DNA of 59,784 bases, filler included, from Squatina squatina (GCA_031763465.1; 3 parts of 3 records of this genome joined end to end with filler, not necessarily neighbours in it), one strand, 5' to 3'; counted from the first letter of the whole stretch, positions 1 to 12,179 are shown. Made by a program: numbers and translations. Notes: generated from the sequence alone by a model not told the origin.

Positions 1-320
1 GGGAGATATTATTAGGGGGAAAGCTAGTGGAATAAATGGGTTCAAGAGAAGGAGGGAGGAGGCGGAGAGGGTTACGGAGGGAATACCTGAGAAGTGGGAC
101 CCAGTCGGTCAAAGGCTCAGCTGCCAATGCTGGGGTGAGGGGAGGAGAGGAGATGCATAAAAAGGCAAGAGTGAGAGGTAAAATGTGTTTGGGGAGGTGG
201 GGTGGAGAATATTGTCGAGTAGGTCTTGGACGGATTCAAAGCGGCGGGTTTTATTGCTGTGTACACCTGCTGTGCAGTTCACTGACCAGGGGATGGTGGT
301 GAGCTGGTTGGCTAAGGCTG
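1..320 (-). mobile_element. L2-like LINE 3' fragment
   Basis: GGAGGAGGCGGAGAGGGTTACGGAGGGAAT matches the element at 14335-14517, whose minus frame reads SLSSFKKFLKTDLF (L2 RT C-terminus). Confidence 0.5.
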
Positions 321-660
321 AAAGCGAGTTTGAACGACCTGTGAGCAAAAATCACGTGAGAAAAATATTTACAGGTGAACAATGAATACTTGGCGAAGGG
401 AGACTTTAGAAGAGCTTGTTTGCGGAAATATATTTATATGTATAATTTGAGCTTAATATGAATGATTTGTTTGCCTGTTTTTTGCCAACATCAATATTGT
501 GTTTTCAGGGTCTGTGTGGGCATTACAGTCAGGGCAAAATATGTTGCATTCCTATCAATGTTTAATATGTCCTATGAAAAATGTTTGAAAATTAATCCAT
601 TTATTATTAAACTGGTGCGTTTACTGCAAGTCAACGAGGTGTTCTTTTAAAGATAGATAT

Positions 661-830
661 CTTGCATTTCTGTAGCGCCTTTCACAACCTCAGGATGCTC
701 CAAAGCGCTTCACAGCCAATGAAGCACTTTTTTCTTTTGGAAGTGTGGTCGCTGTGGTAATGTGGGAAATGCAGCAGCCGATGTGCGCACAGCAAGCTCC
801 CGCGCACAGCACTGTGATAATAGCCAGATC
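661..830 (-). mobile_element. Deu-domain SINE (SacSINE1-like) 3' part
   Basis: cttgcatttctgtagcgcctttcacaacctcagg...gcacagcaag is the reverse complement of the 3' half of the copy at 19335-19778; another copy lies at 11455-11615. Confidence 0.65.
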
Positions 831-914
831 AACTGTGTAAGTGGTGTTGGAAGAGGCTAATGGAATGTTGGCCTTTTATCTCACGGGGTGGTGGGGGGAG
901 TTTTGCTACAGCTG

Positions 915-1223
915 TACTACTTCTCGGGGTGTTGAGGATGACTTGTTTCCACTCCACAGTTGTGGGTTCTGAGGCAACTAAATGGTCCTGTATATGGGGT
1001 CCGCAAACTCGACCACAGGTGTGGGGCAAACGGTATTTGATGGGGCGAGTGAGTGGATTACTCGGGGTTTCCGCGCGCTCCTTCGCTTGGCCTCCACGTG
1101 CTCCCGCCGGAGAAGCACTTTCGCGGGTGCTTCTCCAGTTTGGGCGGTCTTGGGCCAGGGATTCCCATGAGCCGGTGGGGACGTTACATTTTTTTCAGGG
1201 AGGCTTTGAGGACGTCCTTGAAG
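915..1223 (-). mobile_element. RTE-clade LINE 3' end
   Basis: Closely similar to 5482-5820, the 3' end of the RTE fragment. Confidence 0.65.
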
Positions 1224-1323
1224 NNNNNNNNNNNNNNNNNNNNNNNNNNNNNNNNNNNNNNNNNNNNNNNNNNNNNNNNNNNNNNNNNNNNNNNNNNNNN
1301 NNNNNNNNNNNNNNNNNNNNNNN

Positions 1324-1475
1324 TCCTTCTTCCTCCTAACAAGATCTTCTACCTCCCTTGTCAACCACGGTTCCCTCTCCTTCCCAGCTCTTCCCTGCCT
1401 AACAGGGACATACAGCTGGAGAACTCGTAGCATCTGTTCCTTGAACAAATCCCACATCTCCATTGTATTCTGTAC
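1324..1475 (-). mobile_element. CR1 LINE ORF2 fragment
   Basis: MWDLFKEQMLRVLQLYVPVRQG...EPWLTREVEDLVRRKK, the CR1 endonuclease-RT linker. Confidence 0.7.
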
Positions 1476-1684
1476 ACACATCTCATCTCATCTGTTCACA
1501 CGCAGTTCCATGAAAAGAGAAAAGTGACAAATGATGATGACGAACGTGTCTGTAACTTTTCTGCTTCGATTAAAAAATGGCATATGATTTCAAAGAGCTC
1601 GTCTGTCGTTTGTTGCTTGTGTTGAACGTCAATGAATTGAAGAGCATCACGCTCCACACGGCTGGAGGTTGATCCCAGCGAGAA

Positions 1685-2640
1685 AAATACAAACAGACAA
1701 TAGGAGCAAGAGTAGGCCATTCGGCCTTTCAAGCCTGCTCCTCCATTCAATATTATCATGGCTGATCATTCAAATTCAGTCCCCTGTCCCTGCTTTTTCC
1801 CCATATCCCTTGATCCCTTTCGAATTAAGAACTATATCTAACTCCATCTTGAATATATTTAATGATTTGGCCTCCACTGCCTTCTGTTGTCGAGAATTCC
1901 ACAGGTCCACTCTCTGGGTGAAGAAATTTCTCCTCAGCTCAGTCCTAAATGACTCACCCCTTATCCTTAGGCTGTGACCCCTGGTTCTTGACTCACCCGC
2001 CATCGGGAACATCCTTCCTGCGTCTAGTCTGTCCAGTCCTGTCAGAATTTTATGGGTTTCTAAGAGATCCCCTCTCATTCTTCTAAACTCCAGTGAATAT
2101 AGGCCGAACCGACCAAATCTCTCCTCACACATCAGTCCTGCATCCCAGGAATCAGTCTGGTGAACCTTTGTTGCAATCCTTCCTTTGCAAGAACATCCTT
2201 GCTCAGATAAGGAGACCAAAACTGTACACAATACTCAAGGTGTGGTCTCACCAAGGCCCTATGCATCTGCAGCAGGGCATCTCTTCTCCTGTACTCAAAT
2301 CCTCTTGCAATGAAGGACAACTTACCCCTCGCCTTCCTAAACGCCTGCTGCACCTGCATGCTTACTTTCAACAACTGGTGTACAAGGACACCCAGGTCTC
2401 GTTGCAGCTCCCCCTTTCCACAATCTATCGCCGTTCAGATAATAATCCACCTTACTGATTTTCCCACCAATGTGGATAAAATCACATTTGTCCACGTTGT
2501 ACTGCATCTGCCGTGCATTTTCCCACTCACCCACCTTTTCTAAATCACAGCGGGGCCTCTTTCCATCCTCCTCACAGCTCACATTCCCCATCAGAGTTGT
2601 GTTGTCTGCAAACCTGGAAATGTTACACTTAGTTCCCTTT
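1685..2640 (-). mobile_element. CR1 LINE, 5'-truncated (RT C-terminus and 3' UTR)
   Basis: LVRPHLEYCVQFWSPY, GLYSLEFRRMRGDL, TRGHSL, RRNFFTQRV; 3' UTR with GGCCGAATGGCCTACTC. Confidence 0.88.
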
Positions 2641-4077
2641 GTTAGAGTAACCTTGGCTTTATTAGCAGAGGCATTGTGTACAACAGCAGGGAAGTTACGC
2701 TGGACCTTGGTAAAACAGTTCAGACTGACGAATCAAAGGTGACATGAGAAATCACATTTCTACGCAGCGAGTGGATAGGTCCTAGAATTGGCTGCATGAG
2801 ATGTGGTGGTGGCAGATACATTTTCAGCTTTCAAAATGGAATGGGTTAATTTTACTGGAGGAACTAAAATGCAGGTCCACGGGGAAAGGGCAGGGGCATG
2901 TGGCCCGTCCCCAATTTAACACCATGGCCTCCTCCTGTGCCACAACCACTCTGCGGTTCTATAATTCGACAAAAAGTTGTTAAATCCTTGGAGAGGATGC
3001 AGAAAATGTTAACAGGAATGATTCCAGGGATGTGGGTCTTCCAGTTATGTGCATCGACTGAAGTAGCTGGAGATGTTATCCCTCGAGCACAGAACATTGC
3101 AAACAAGTTTGGAAGAGGTGTTCAAAATCAGGAATGCTTTTGATAGAATTGAACAAGAAAAAGTGCCAGGACCCCAGATATTCACAATATATATTAATGA
3201 TTTAGATGAGGGAATTTAATGTAATATCTCCAAGTTTGCAGACGACACAAAGCTGGTTGGAAGTGGGAGCAGTGAGGAGGATGCAGAGAAACTCCTCTAT
3301 GATTTGGACAGGTTGACTGAGTGGGCAAATGCATGGCAGATGCAGTTTAATGTGGAAAGTGTGAGGTTATCCACTTTGGTAGTAAAACCAGCAAGGCAGA
3401 TTATTATCTGAACTGCGATAGATTAGGAAAAGTGGGAGGTGCAACGAGACCTGGGTGTCCTTGTACACCAGTCGATAAATTAAGCATGTAGGTGCAGCAG
3501 GTGGATAAGAAGGCAATAGTATGTTGGCCTTCATAGCGAGAGGATTCGAGTGCAGGAGCAGGGATGTCTTGCGGTAATTACACAGGGGCTTGGTGTGACC
3601 TCACCTTGAGTAGTGTGTGCAGTTTTAGTCTCCGTATCTGAGGAAGGATGTTCTTGCTATGAAGGGAGTGCAGCGAATTATCACCAGACTGAGCCCTGGG
3701 TTGGCAGGCCTGACATAGGAAGAGAGATTGGGCCGATTATGCTTATATTCGCCAGAGTTTAGAAGAATGCGACGGGACCTCATAGAAACTTATAAAATTC
3801 TAACAAGACTTGACAGACCAGATGCAGGAAGAATGCTACTGATGGCAGGTGAGTCCAGAACCAGGTTTCACAGCCAAAGGACACGGGGTAAGCCATTTAC
3901 GACTGAGAAAAGGAGAAATTTCTTCACCGACAGAGTGGTGAATCTGTGGAATTGTCGACTAGAGAAGGCAGTTGAGGCCAAGTCATTAAATATATTCAAG
4001 AAGGAGTTAGATATCGTTCTTATGGCTAACGGGATCGAAGCATATAGGGAGAAAGCAGGAACAGGGTACTGAATTAG

Positions 4078-4298
4078 TCGAAAAATGCTGGAAAAACTCA
4101 GCAGGTCAGTCAGCATCTGTGGAGATAAAAACAGAGTCAACGTTTCTGGTCGATGACCCTTCGTCAGACGACAGGTCATCGACCTGAATCATTGACTCAG
4201 TTTTTCTCTCCACATATGCTGCCTGACCTGAAAATGTTTTTCCAGCCTTTTTTGCTTGTATTCTAGATTCCAGCATCCGCAGTATTTCGCTTCTGTAT
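4078..4298. mobile_element. Penelope-like element terminal (pLTR) fragment with inverted 5' arm and 11-bp TSD
   Basis: Arms 4080-4167 and 4168-4250 are inverted repeats; TACTGAATTAG is duplicated at 4067-4077 and 4299-4309. Confidence 0.7.
4139..4167 (-). ncRNA. Minimal type I hammerhead ribozyme core (Penelope-type)
   Basis: Minus strand reads CUGACGA-AG-GGUC-AUC-GACC-A-GAAA-CG-UU: conserved CUGANGA and GAAA boxes, a 4-bp stem II and a palindromic ACGU helix III. The 5' strand of stem I is disrupted by the inversion junction. Confidence 0.55.
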
Positions 4299-4574
4299 TA
4301 CTGAATTAGACAATCAGCCATGATCATATTGAATGGCGGAGCAGGTCGAAGGTTGGAATAGCCGACTCCTGCTCCCATTTTCTATGTTTCTATGTTGTCC
4401 TGAGAACTGTTTCCAGCACCATCCTGTAGGTATCTCAGGAGTGGTACCCAACAACACATTGGCTCAAGATACATAGCCCGCCGTACACAGCACTACACCA
4501 TGGCACCACGTAGATAATCACTGCAGTCTCGCCCATTGTAGCAAATCTTCTTTACCAGGGGAGTGTGTAGTATA

Positions 4575-5200
4575 TCCCTGTTCCTGCATTCTCCCCATAT
4601 CCCTTGATCCCTTTTGCATTAAGAAAGATAACTATCTCCATCTTGAATATTTTTAATGAATTGGCCTCCACTGCCTTCCGTGGTAGAGAATTCCACAGGT
4701 TCACCACTCTCTGGGTGAAGAAGTTTCTCTTCATCTCGGTTCTAAATGGCCTACCTTTCCTGAGACTGGTTCTGGACTCCCCTGCCATCGGGAACATCCT
4801 CCCTGCATGTATTCTGTCTAGTCCTGTTAGAATTTTGCATGTTTCTATGAGATCCCCTCTCATTCTTCTAAACTCCAGTGAATTTAGACCTAAACGAATC
4901 AATCTCTTCTCATATGTCCGTCCTGCCATCTGCGGAGTCAGCCTGGTGAACATTCGTTGCACTCCCTCCATGGCAAGAGCAGCCTTCCTCAGATAAGGAG
5001 ACCAAAATTGCAAACAATACACCAATCCGGTCTCAACAAGGCCCTGTATAAGAGCAGTAAGACATCCTTGCTCCTGTACTCAAATCCTCTCACAATGAAG
5101 ACCAACATTCAACTTCCGATCCACCTGCATACATGCTTTCAGCCACTGGTGCACAAAGGCAGCCAGGTCTCGTTGCACCTCCCCCTTTCCCAATCTATTA
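4575..5200 (-). mobile_element. CR1 LINE RT C-terminal fragment
   Basis: YCLQFWSPYLRK...SLEFRRMRGDLIE...RNFFTQRVVNLWNSLP. Confidence 0.85.
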
Positions 5201-5481
5201 TGCTTTGATTGAGTTAAAACACTTAGGTTTTTGATGTGCAAAGCAGCCACAGTTCCTTCCCATAATTAGTGTTTAGTGATACCAGAAATAGGAATTAGAA
5301 GAACAACTGAGATTCCTATTGCCACATTACTACACGGTGTCCCAGTGTTATGCAGTGAAAATAACAACAGGTTTCCCAATCCGGGTCGGCAGTCATTGAC
5401 GGTAGGGAGTAGAGTGGAAATCAACACCTGCTCCTGATAAATGGACAGTGATTCCCATTCGAAATTTTACTTGTGTGTATG

Positions 5482-6340
5482 TTCTTCTTGTGAGGTAGTC
5501 CCTCGGGATTTGAGGATGATTTGCTTCCACTCTGGAGTTGTAGGCTCTGAACAGGCTGAAAAGTTCAATGAGGGATCCACAGTCACGGCCGCAGGTGGGG
5601 CAGATGGTATTTGGTGGGGCATGTAAGTGGGATGCTCATGTTTCTGCACACTACTTCCGCGGCCTGCGCTCGGCCTCCACTTGCTGCTGCCGGAAAGACA
5701 CGAAGCAGTTGGCGCCTTCATGGATGCTTCTCCTCCAGTGTGGGCAGTCTTGGGCCATCCCATGAATCAGTGGGGTCATTGTCTTTTTTCAATGAGGCTT
5801 TGGGGATATCCTTGTAGCGTTTCCTCTGCCCTCCCCAGAGGCCTTTGGCATGAAAGAGTTCGGAAGTCTTGAATCAGGCATGCGGACGATGTGACCGACT
5901 GCAGTTGGCTGAGCGTGACCAGTACTTCGAAGTTGGCATGAAAAAGGACGCTGATGTTGGTGCATTTGGTCTTCCAATTGATTTGCAGGATTTTTTGGAG
6001 GTAGCGCTGGTGGCATTTCTCCACTCTTTGAGGTGCCTGCTGTACAGTGACCATCCCTCCGATGCGTAGAGGAGGACGGGTATCACTGCTGCCCTGTAGC
6101 TCATGAGCTTGGTGTCCGGACTGAGGATTTTGTCCTCAAACACTCTCTTCCTCAGGCGCGCGAAGGCTGTGCTGGCACACTGGGGGCGATTCTGGATTTC
6201 ATCGTCCAAATGTGCCCTTGTGGAGGGTGGCTCCCAAGGTATGGGAAGTGTTCCCCATTGTCCATGGGCTTGCAGTAGATCTTGAAGTTGGGGGTTGGTT
6301 GTGTATGGAGGACTGGCAAAGCTGGTATTGCCCCAGTGAC
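5482..6340 (-). mobile_element. RTE-clade LINE, 5'-truncated
   Basis: HFPYLGS, AFARLRKRVF, TKLMSYRAAVIPVLLYASEGW, QRYLQKILQINW, GHIVRMPDSRLP: RTE/BovB-like RT C-terminus with frameshifts. Confidence 0.82.
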
Positions 6341-6474
6341 TGAGCAATTTTGCATTTCAAAAGGACAGATGCATTTTCTCACAAATAGAATGAGTTGGAT
6401 TCGTGACGGTACTCGGAACCGATAGACCTGCCCAATCAGGAGAATGCATCTTCAAGTTATCAGTGACAGCAAAG

Positions 6475-6950
6475 TGAGGGAGGAGATGTAGAGATACAGA
6501 TGGAGCGGGAGCTGATGGGAGAGAGAGAGATAAACAAAGAGGGGGAAAGCTATAGAAGGAGAGTGTGAGAAAATAGAGAAAGGTTAGACAGGGAGGGAGA
6601 CAGCGAGACTCAAGGTGGCAGACAGAGGGCTGAAAGAGGTAAGGGAGACAGAGAGTGAAATTTGAGAGGAGCAGGGAGAGACAGAGAGTGAGCGAGAGAT
6701 GGATAGAGATGATTGGGAGAGGGCGAACATGGTAGAGGAATAAAGGGAGGGAGAGATCGAATGAGCGAAAGAGAAAATAATGTGGGTGGGAGGGAGGAGA
6801 GAGTGGGGAAGAGAAAGAGAGGGTAGGAGAGCGTGACGGAAGGGGAAATAGTGTGAGGTAAAAAGAGGGGAGAGAGTGAGAGGTGGCGAGAGAGAAAGCT
6901 CAGATGAGAGAGCGGGAGATAGTGTGAAGATGGCAGAGAGATAAAGCAAA
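6475..6950 (+). repeat. Degenerate GA-rich low-complexity tract
   Basis: Polypurine (GA/GGA)n-like sequence. Confidence 0.85.
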
Positions 6951-7349
6951 ATAATAGACTGGGAAAAGTGAAATCAATATTTTGAAATGTAATGCCATGA
7001 AGGTCATAAGCTGATTAGCTGGATGAAGAGAGATGTGTACATGATGGAACTGTCGGAGTGCAATCTCAGAACACACCAATTGGCAGCAGGAGTGCAGAGG
7101 ATCAAGAATGTGTTAAAATGTCCAGTGATGAGAGAGGACACTGGCGAACCAGTCCACAGGCAGGACATTCAGGAGGAGAGTTACACGTTTACGTTAAATC
7201 AAACCTGGACCAAATGAGAAAGTTAATTGCTTGGTGCATATTCTTTCAAATGTTAATTGAAAGATTTCAGGAAGAGGGATTCAAATTGTCAGGCCAGCAG
7301 TGCAGACTCTCTCTGATTGAGACACAGTTGTTGAGTTCTATTCAGAACT

Positions 7350-7835
7350 CTACAAATAGTGAAATGGTCCATGACCGCTTGCTGTTAGACAGGAACAACA
7401 TTCAAGATTTGTCTGATAAGTGGTAAGCATCCACCATATTAAACCTTCATTCCCTCCACCACCAGTGCAACGCGGCTGCAGTGTGTACCATCTACAAGGT
7501 GCACTGCATCAACTCGCCAAAGCGTCCTTGAAAGTAACTCCCAAACCCACTACCTCCCCCACCCGGAAGGACAAGAGCTGCAGGCACATGGGAACAGCAT
7601 CACCTGCAAGTTCCACCTCCGAGTTACACACACCATTCTGATGTGGAAATTGTTCCTTCAAAGTTAGTGGGTCCAAATCCTGGAACTCCCTCCCTAACAG
7701 CACTGTGGGAGCACCTTCACCACAAGGACTGCAGCGGTTCAAGAAGGGGGCTCATCACCCCCTTCTCAAGGGCAAGGAGAGATGGGCAATAAATTTTGGG
7801 GTTGTAAGTGTCGCCCACATCCTGTGAATGAAAAT
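7350..7835 (+). mobile_element. CR1-group LINE 3' end (second family)
   Basis: Translates WNSLPNSTVGAPSPQGLQRFKKGAHHPLLKG, then GATGGGCAATAAA...GCCCACATCC. The same tail occurs at 23703-23740, 36790-36895 and 57750-57865. Confidence 0.7.
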
Positions 7836-8444
7836 AACTGGAATAAAACAGAATGATAATAATTCCGTCTGCATTATTTGAAATGTTAATTGAAAATTAA
7901 ATCAGTTACCAAATTATTGTTGTTTCATTTTCTTTATTTTAATGTCGGATTTTCAATGAGTTTATAAATAGCACTTTACATCCGATATCAAAGACAACTA
8001 TTATAATAGATCATCGTGAGTTGGAATGAATTCCCTGAACTTTAACCGAATAAATATGTTATTCCACCCATCCAGAAAACGCTTGACGAGTTGGAGCAGA
8101 AACTGCTGGGAGGATAGAGAGTGGGCAGCAGCTCAGTTACTGGGAAGTCTTTACGAAACGAAGTATAATCTCTTGGAGATCCATGTCAAAACTGGTTTCC
8201 TCTACTCTGTGGAGGTGACAATACAAAAATAAATCCAGCCCCGAGCCAGAACAAAGTATAGAGGGAGTCATGTTTCACAGAGCTTTAATAAAGGGAATGA
8301 TCTTTGAACAATGCTCGTGATTTTGAGATTAAACAACATTTAAATATTTAGCTTATGGAACTCGCTTAATTCAGCTTCTGAAAGATGTTCATGTTCAGTT
8401 CATTCGATACAGGGAAACATGTGGTTGGAATCAGAGAGTGTGGG

Positions 8445-9005
8445 CGAGAGAGAGAGAGAGACTGAAAGACAGAGAGAGATAGAGATAGAGAGAGAGAGAG
8501 AGAGAGAGAAGCAGAGAGCACCACAGAGACAGAGAGAGAGACGCTGAGGGAGACAGAAAGATAGAGACAGAAGGAGAGAGATGGTGAGAGAGAGGGAGAG
8601 AGAATCAGAGAGAGACGGTGGGTGGTTGAGAAGCAGAAAGACAGTGAGAGAGACGATGAGAGACAGAAGGCAGAGAGACAGTCAGAGGGATGATGAGAAA
8701 TAGACAGAGAAAGCGACAGAGACAGCAACAGCAGGAGAGAGAGAGACAGAGAGAGACAGAGCCTGACAGATACAGACAGAGAGAGGCTGAGAATGAGACA
8801 GAGAAGAAAGATGATACAAGGAGTGAGAGCAAGAAACAGAGAGAGAGACAGAGAGAGATACAGACAGAGAGAGAGAGACAGAGGGAGATGGAAGGAGAGA
8901 AAGAGAGAGACAAACAGAGAGTCAGACAGGGAGAGATAGATAGAGAGAGAGGGAGAGAGAGAAAGAGAGACACAGAGAGAGACAGAGAAGCAGATTGAGA
9001 GAGAA
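8445..9005 (+). repeat. (GA)n/(GACA)n compound microsatellite
   Basis: GAGAGA/GACAGA runs; explains the spurious ORFs 8366-9022 and 8690-8998. Confidence 0.95.
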
Positions 9006-9632
9006 AAATATTTTCCTAGCAACAGCCAGTGTTTGCAAACAACCAGCTATTGATATTTTCAGAATATAATGTTTAGATCAGAAATATGATGTTAGGATGT
9101 GAAAGTTTGCAGGCAAGAAGGTTTATGCTGACCGCAGCCAGGCTTCCAACGTTACTGGTCTATTTTGAAGAACTTGCAGACTTGTGTCTCTGGACTATGC
9201 AACGACCTGAAAATACCATATTAAGCAATGCCATCTCCACTTTTATAAGAAACCAGGAATAAATATAAGCATTTCCCATTCTTCATGCTGTCCAACTGAC
9301 CCAGTCATAAGATTGCGTGCTGTACAAGTGACTGCACTCCGCTTGTAAATTGTATTTTCATTGAAGTTAAAGTATAAAATAATCAAAGCGGAAGACTGAA
9401 CTGGTTACTCTTCAAGTGAGAAACACAAATGGTTAAGACAACACAAATGTTATCATGACTCAGTCACATGGGACAAGCATTCTGAAGTGCAGTGCAACAG
9501 CAGAGACAGCGAAACATCAACAATAATCGGATTGCAGAGCTGAAGTAATAAGGATATCAATTATGAAAATATTTGACCAATTGATGGATCCATCTGTGCT
9601 ACAAGACTGCAGGATTTTGTGGAAGGACTCAC

Positions 9633-9808
9633 CGGGAATGGATAGTAAATCTGCTGTACAGAATATAGTGCGAAGAGTATTCCATCTCCATTTGGTTGGC
9701 ATCTGTCCGTTAGTTCAATTACACTGGGAAACACTGATACCAGAGTGCGTCGGCGTTAATGCTGCAGCTGACACTGTCCTAAGACAGGGAAACACCCTCC
9801 TATTTATA
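9633..9808 (-). pseudogene. Decayed promoter and first exon of a GPR139-like paralog
   Basis: Minus strand has TATAAATA (9801-9808), then ATACTCTTCGCACTATATTCTGTACAGCAGATTTACTATCCATTCCCG|GTGAGTC. One frame reads ILFALYSVQQIYYP, matching IKEIYYP of the intact gene, and the donor CCCG|GTGAGTC is identical. The ILAAVSV-coding segment is deleted and no exon 2 was found. Confidence 0.55.
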
Positions 9809-10044
9809 CCTGAGATACACACTCCCGAGAGACTGTCTGTTTCACTGGACACTGATATTAATCACGGAGACTGCATAAACATATTCAGTGGAACATCTGC
9901 AGCCCAACAATCTGATATAATGGAACAAAGGTAATCTCTCCAAAACAACTAATATTGTTTGAGCAGCTAAGGAAAAGACAGATGATTTGCGACCTGCAGT
10001 TTGAAATTTCTTATGTGACGTGAGTGCAACATCGTTGAAGGGCA

Positions 10045-10468
10045 GGCACAGCACAGGTTAGCTGCAGAGTAAAGCTCCCTCCACACTGTCCCATCAAACA
10101 ATCCCAGGGCAGATACAGCACGGGGTTAGATACAGAGTAAAGGTCCCTCTACACTGTCCCATCAAACACTCCGAGGGAAGAGATAGCCCCGGTGAGATAC
10201 AGAGTAAAGCTCGCTCCACATTGTCCCATTAAAAACTCCCAGGGGCAGTACAGAACAGGCTAGCTATAAAGTAATTCTACATCTAATCTGTCCCACGAAA
10301 CACTCAGAAACAGGGACAGCACGGCTTAGATACCGAGTAAATCTCCATCTGCAATGTCCAATTACACCATCCCAGACAGGTACAACACAGATTAGATACA
10401 GAGTAAAGCTCCCTCTGCACTGTCCCATCAAACACTCCCAGGGCAGGTACAGCACGGGGTTAGATACA
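10045..10468 (+). repeat. ~67-bp minisatellite, about 6.3 copies, running into a gap
   Basis: Unit GGGTTAGATACAGAGTAAAGCTCCCTCTACACTGTCCCATCAAACACTCCCAGGGCAGGTACAGCACG; the AGAGTAAAG anchor recurs every 66-68 nt. Confidence 0.92.
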
Positions 10469-11454
10469 NNNNNNNNNNNNNNNNNNNNNNNNNNNNNNNN
10501 NNNNNNNNNNNNNNNNNNNNNNNNNNNNNNNNNNNNNNNNNNNNNNNNNNNNNNNNNNNNNNNNNNNNTATCCATGGGAATGAAGACTGAAAGCACATAT
10601 TTTACTTTTTGGAAGGGATATGGTAGGAAACCTCACCAGTGAAATGGCCGAGCAAACTATACAAATTAAAAAGAATATTTCTGTGCTGAAATTCTGAAAA
10701 ACTAATTGGTCAAAAACATGTTGAAAAATAATCTATCCTTCCACAGCCAGCAATTCTCAGCGATCCAACAGCGCATTGAACACGTAGGATGTTAGCGACA
10801 TATTCAAATATTATGCAAATACAATAGGTTGTGCCTTCAGCTCAGTAAGGTTTTAGCCATGTCAGTTCAAATTACCTTATTTTTATGAGAAAAAAAATTA
10901 AATTAAAGCCTGTTTTGTCCTAAGTCCAATCCTTCCAACCGACGAAAGAGAATACCAAGATATTGCTGCACATCTCAAAGCTTTGATTAATTATACCTGA
11001 AAATAACTGATGTTTCCCACTGTCTCTGTAAATTTTACAGTCCTTCTATAGCTCAGATGATTGCAAGTCCCTGGCTTTTTGCTTTCTGTTCCAGCACAAT
11101 ACAGGCAGAACCATTTTGCCTTGTTTGAACTGGCAAGAGGCTGTAAGAAGCTGACTACGTGAAAACCCGGCAGACTGTTTCTGTTGAAAGGGTAAGGGAG
11201 AGAGTTTGTCCGAAGAGATTGAGTGCTATGATTAGTCAACAACTCCATTATCACTATATCATGCGACTACCAGGATCATCTAGCAATTCCTATGTTCCTA
11301 AACAGTCCTTGGGTACTGAGACACAGTGAGGCTAAATTTGCAAAACGAGGCATGTAAATGCTAATTATCCCTAATTAATTAAATTTAGAGTGGCGCAGAA
11401 GTTAGAAGCATAGAAATGAGTGATTGGGATCTAGAAAGAACAAAGTAAGAAAGA

Positions 11455-11615
11455 ACTTGCATTTATATAGCGCCTTTCACAACCTCAGGAGGTCCCAAAG
11501 TGTTTTACAGCCAATTAAGCACTTTTGGAGTGCAGTCACTGTTGTATTGTTGGAAATGCAGCAACCAATTTGCACACAGCAAGATCCCTCTAAAAGCAAT
11601 GTGATAATGACCAGA
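11455..11615 (-). mobile_element. Deu-domain SINE (SacSINE1-like) 3' part
   Basis: cttgcatttatatagcgcctttcacaacctcagg...ttgcacacagcaagatccc. Confidence 0.7.
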
Positions 11616-12179
11616 TTAAGGCTGTTGATTTCTGGTCACAAGATGTGGCAAAGTTCTGTGCGCATCTTCTTCGTAAAACAAAGATATTTATTGTGGATTT
11701 GCAAAATATCTAGAAGGCAGACAAACTTTGAGGGTGACTTTCCATAGGGGTTCTCCTGATAATCTGTTTTTAACTTCAGTGGAAAATTCAAGTAAAAGTG
11801 GTGTTTATGCCATTTTCCTGGGTTTTTGCAGCTCTTCTGCTGAAGTTATGACAGATATTCAGGAGTATCCTGCTGGAAAATCGCCACCTATGTGTCTTCA
11901 TGTTGTGTTGCTTGAGAAAAGGAGTGATCGAGGAACAGCTGTCTATACTCCACTGCATAAATGAGACTTAAGGATTTATGAGAGTGACTTTGTGCAAGGG
12001 TACGGGGAAAGTGAGGAAACAAGAGAAGCCTATCCAGGAAAACTCTGTGTGGGTCTGCACTTATTCAATAGTTATGTAGTCCTAAACAGCAAAGATGAAA
12101 AAGAGGACAGAGGGAGGTAATCAGTAGTAACACCATGGCATCATAAAGCAAGGGATTATGTTGGGAAAAAGCGAGATAA

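Larger units (their letters stand above)
2640..4395 (+). mobile_element. CR1 LINE fragments; main copy 3165-4395 is interrupted at 4078-4298
   Basis: ISKFADDTKL (3225-3255), EFRRMRRDLIETYKIL, RRNFFTDRVVNLWN; ends in a (TTTCTATG)n tail at about 4380-4395. Confidence 0.85.

Noticed and set aside
570-650. KINPFIIKLV, resembling a GPR139-like C-terminus
   Set aside because: Too short, with no upstream TM7 or helix 8 similarity.
8366-9022. Leu/Ser-rich and Arg/Glu-rich ORFs
   Set aside because: Translations of a GA microsatellite.
10045-10468. CRISPR-like periodic array
   Set aside because: Whole units are homologous with no unique spacers; eukaryotic context and no cas genes.
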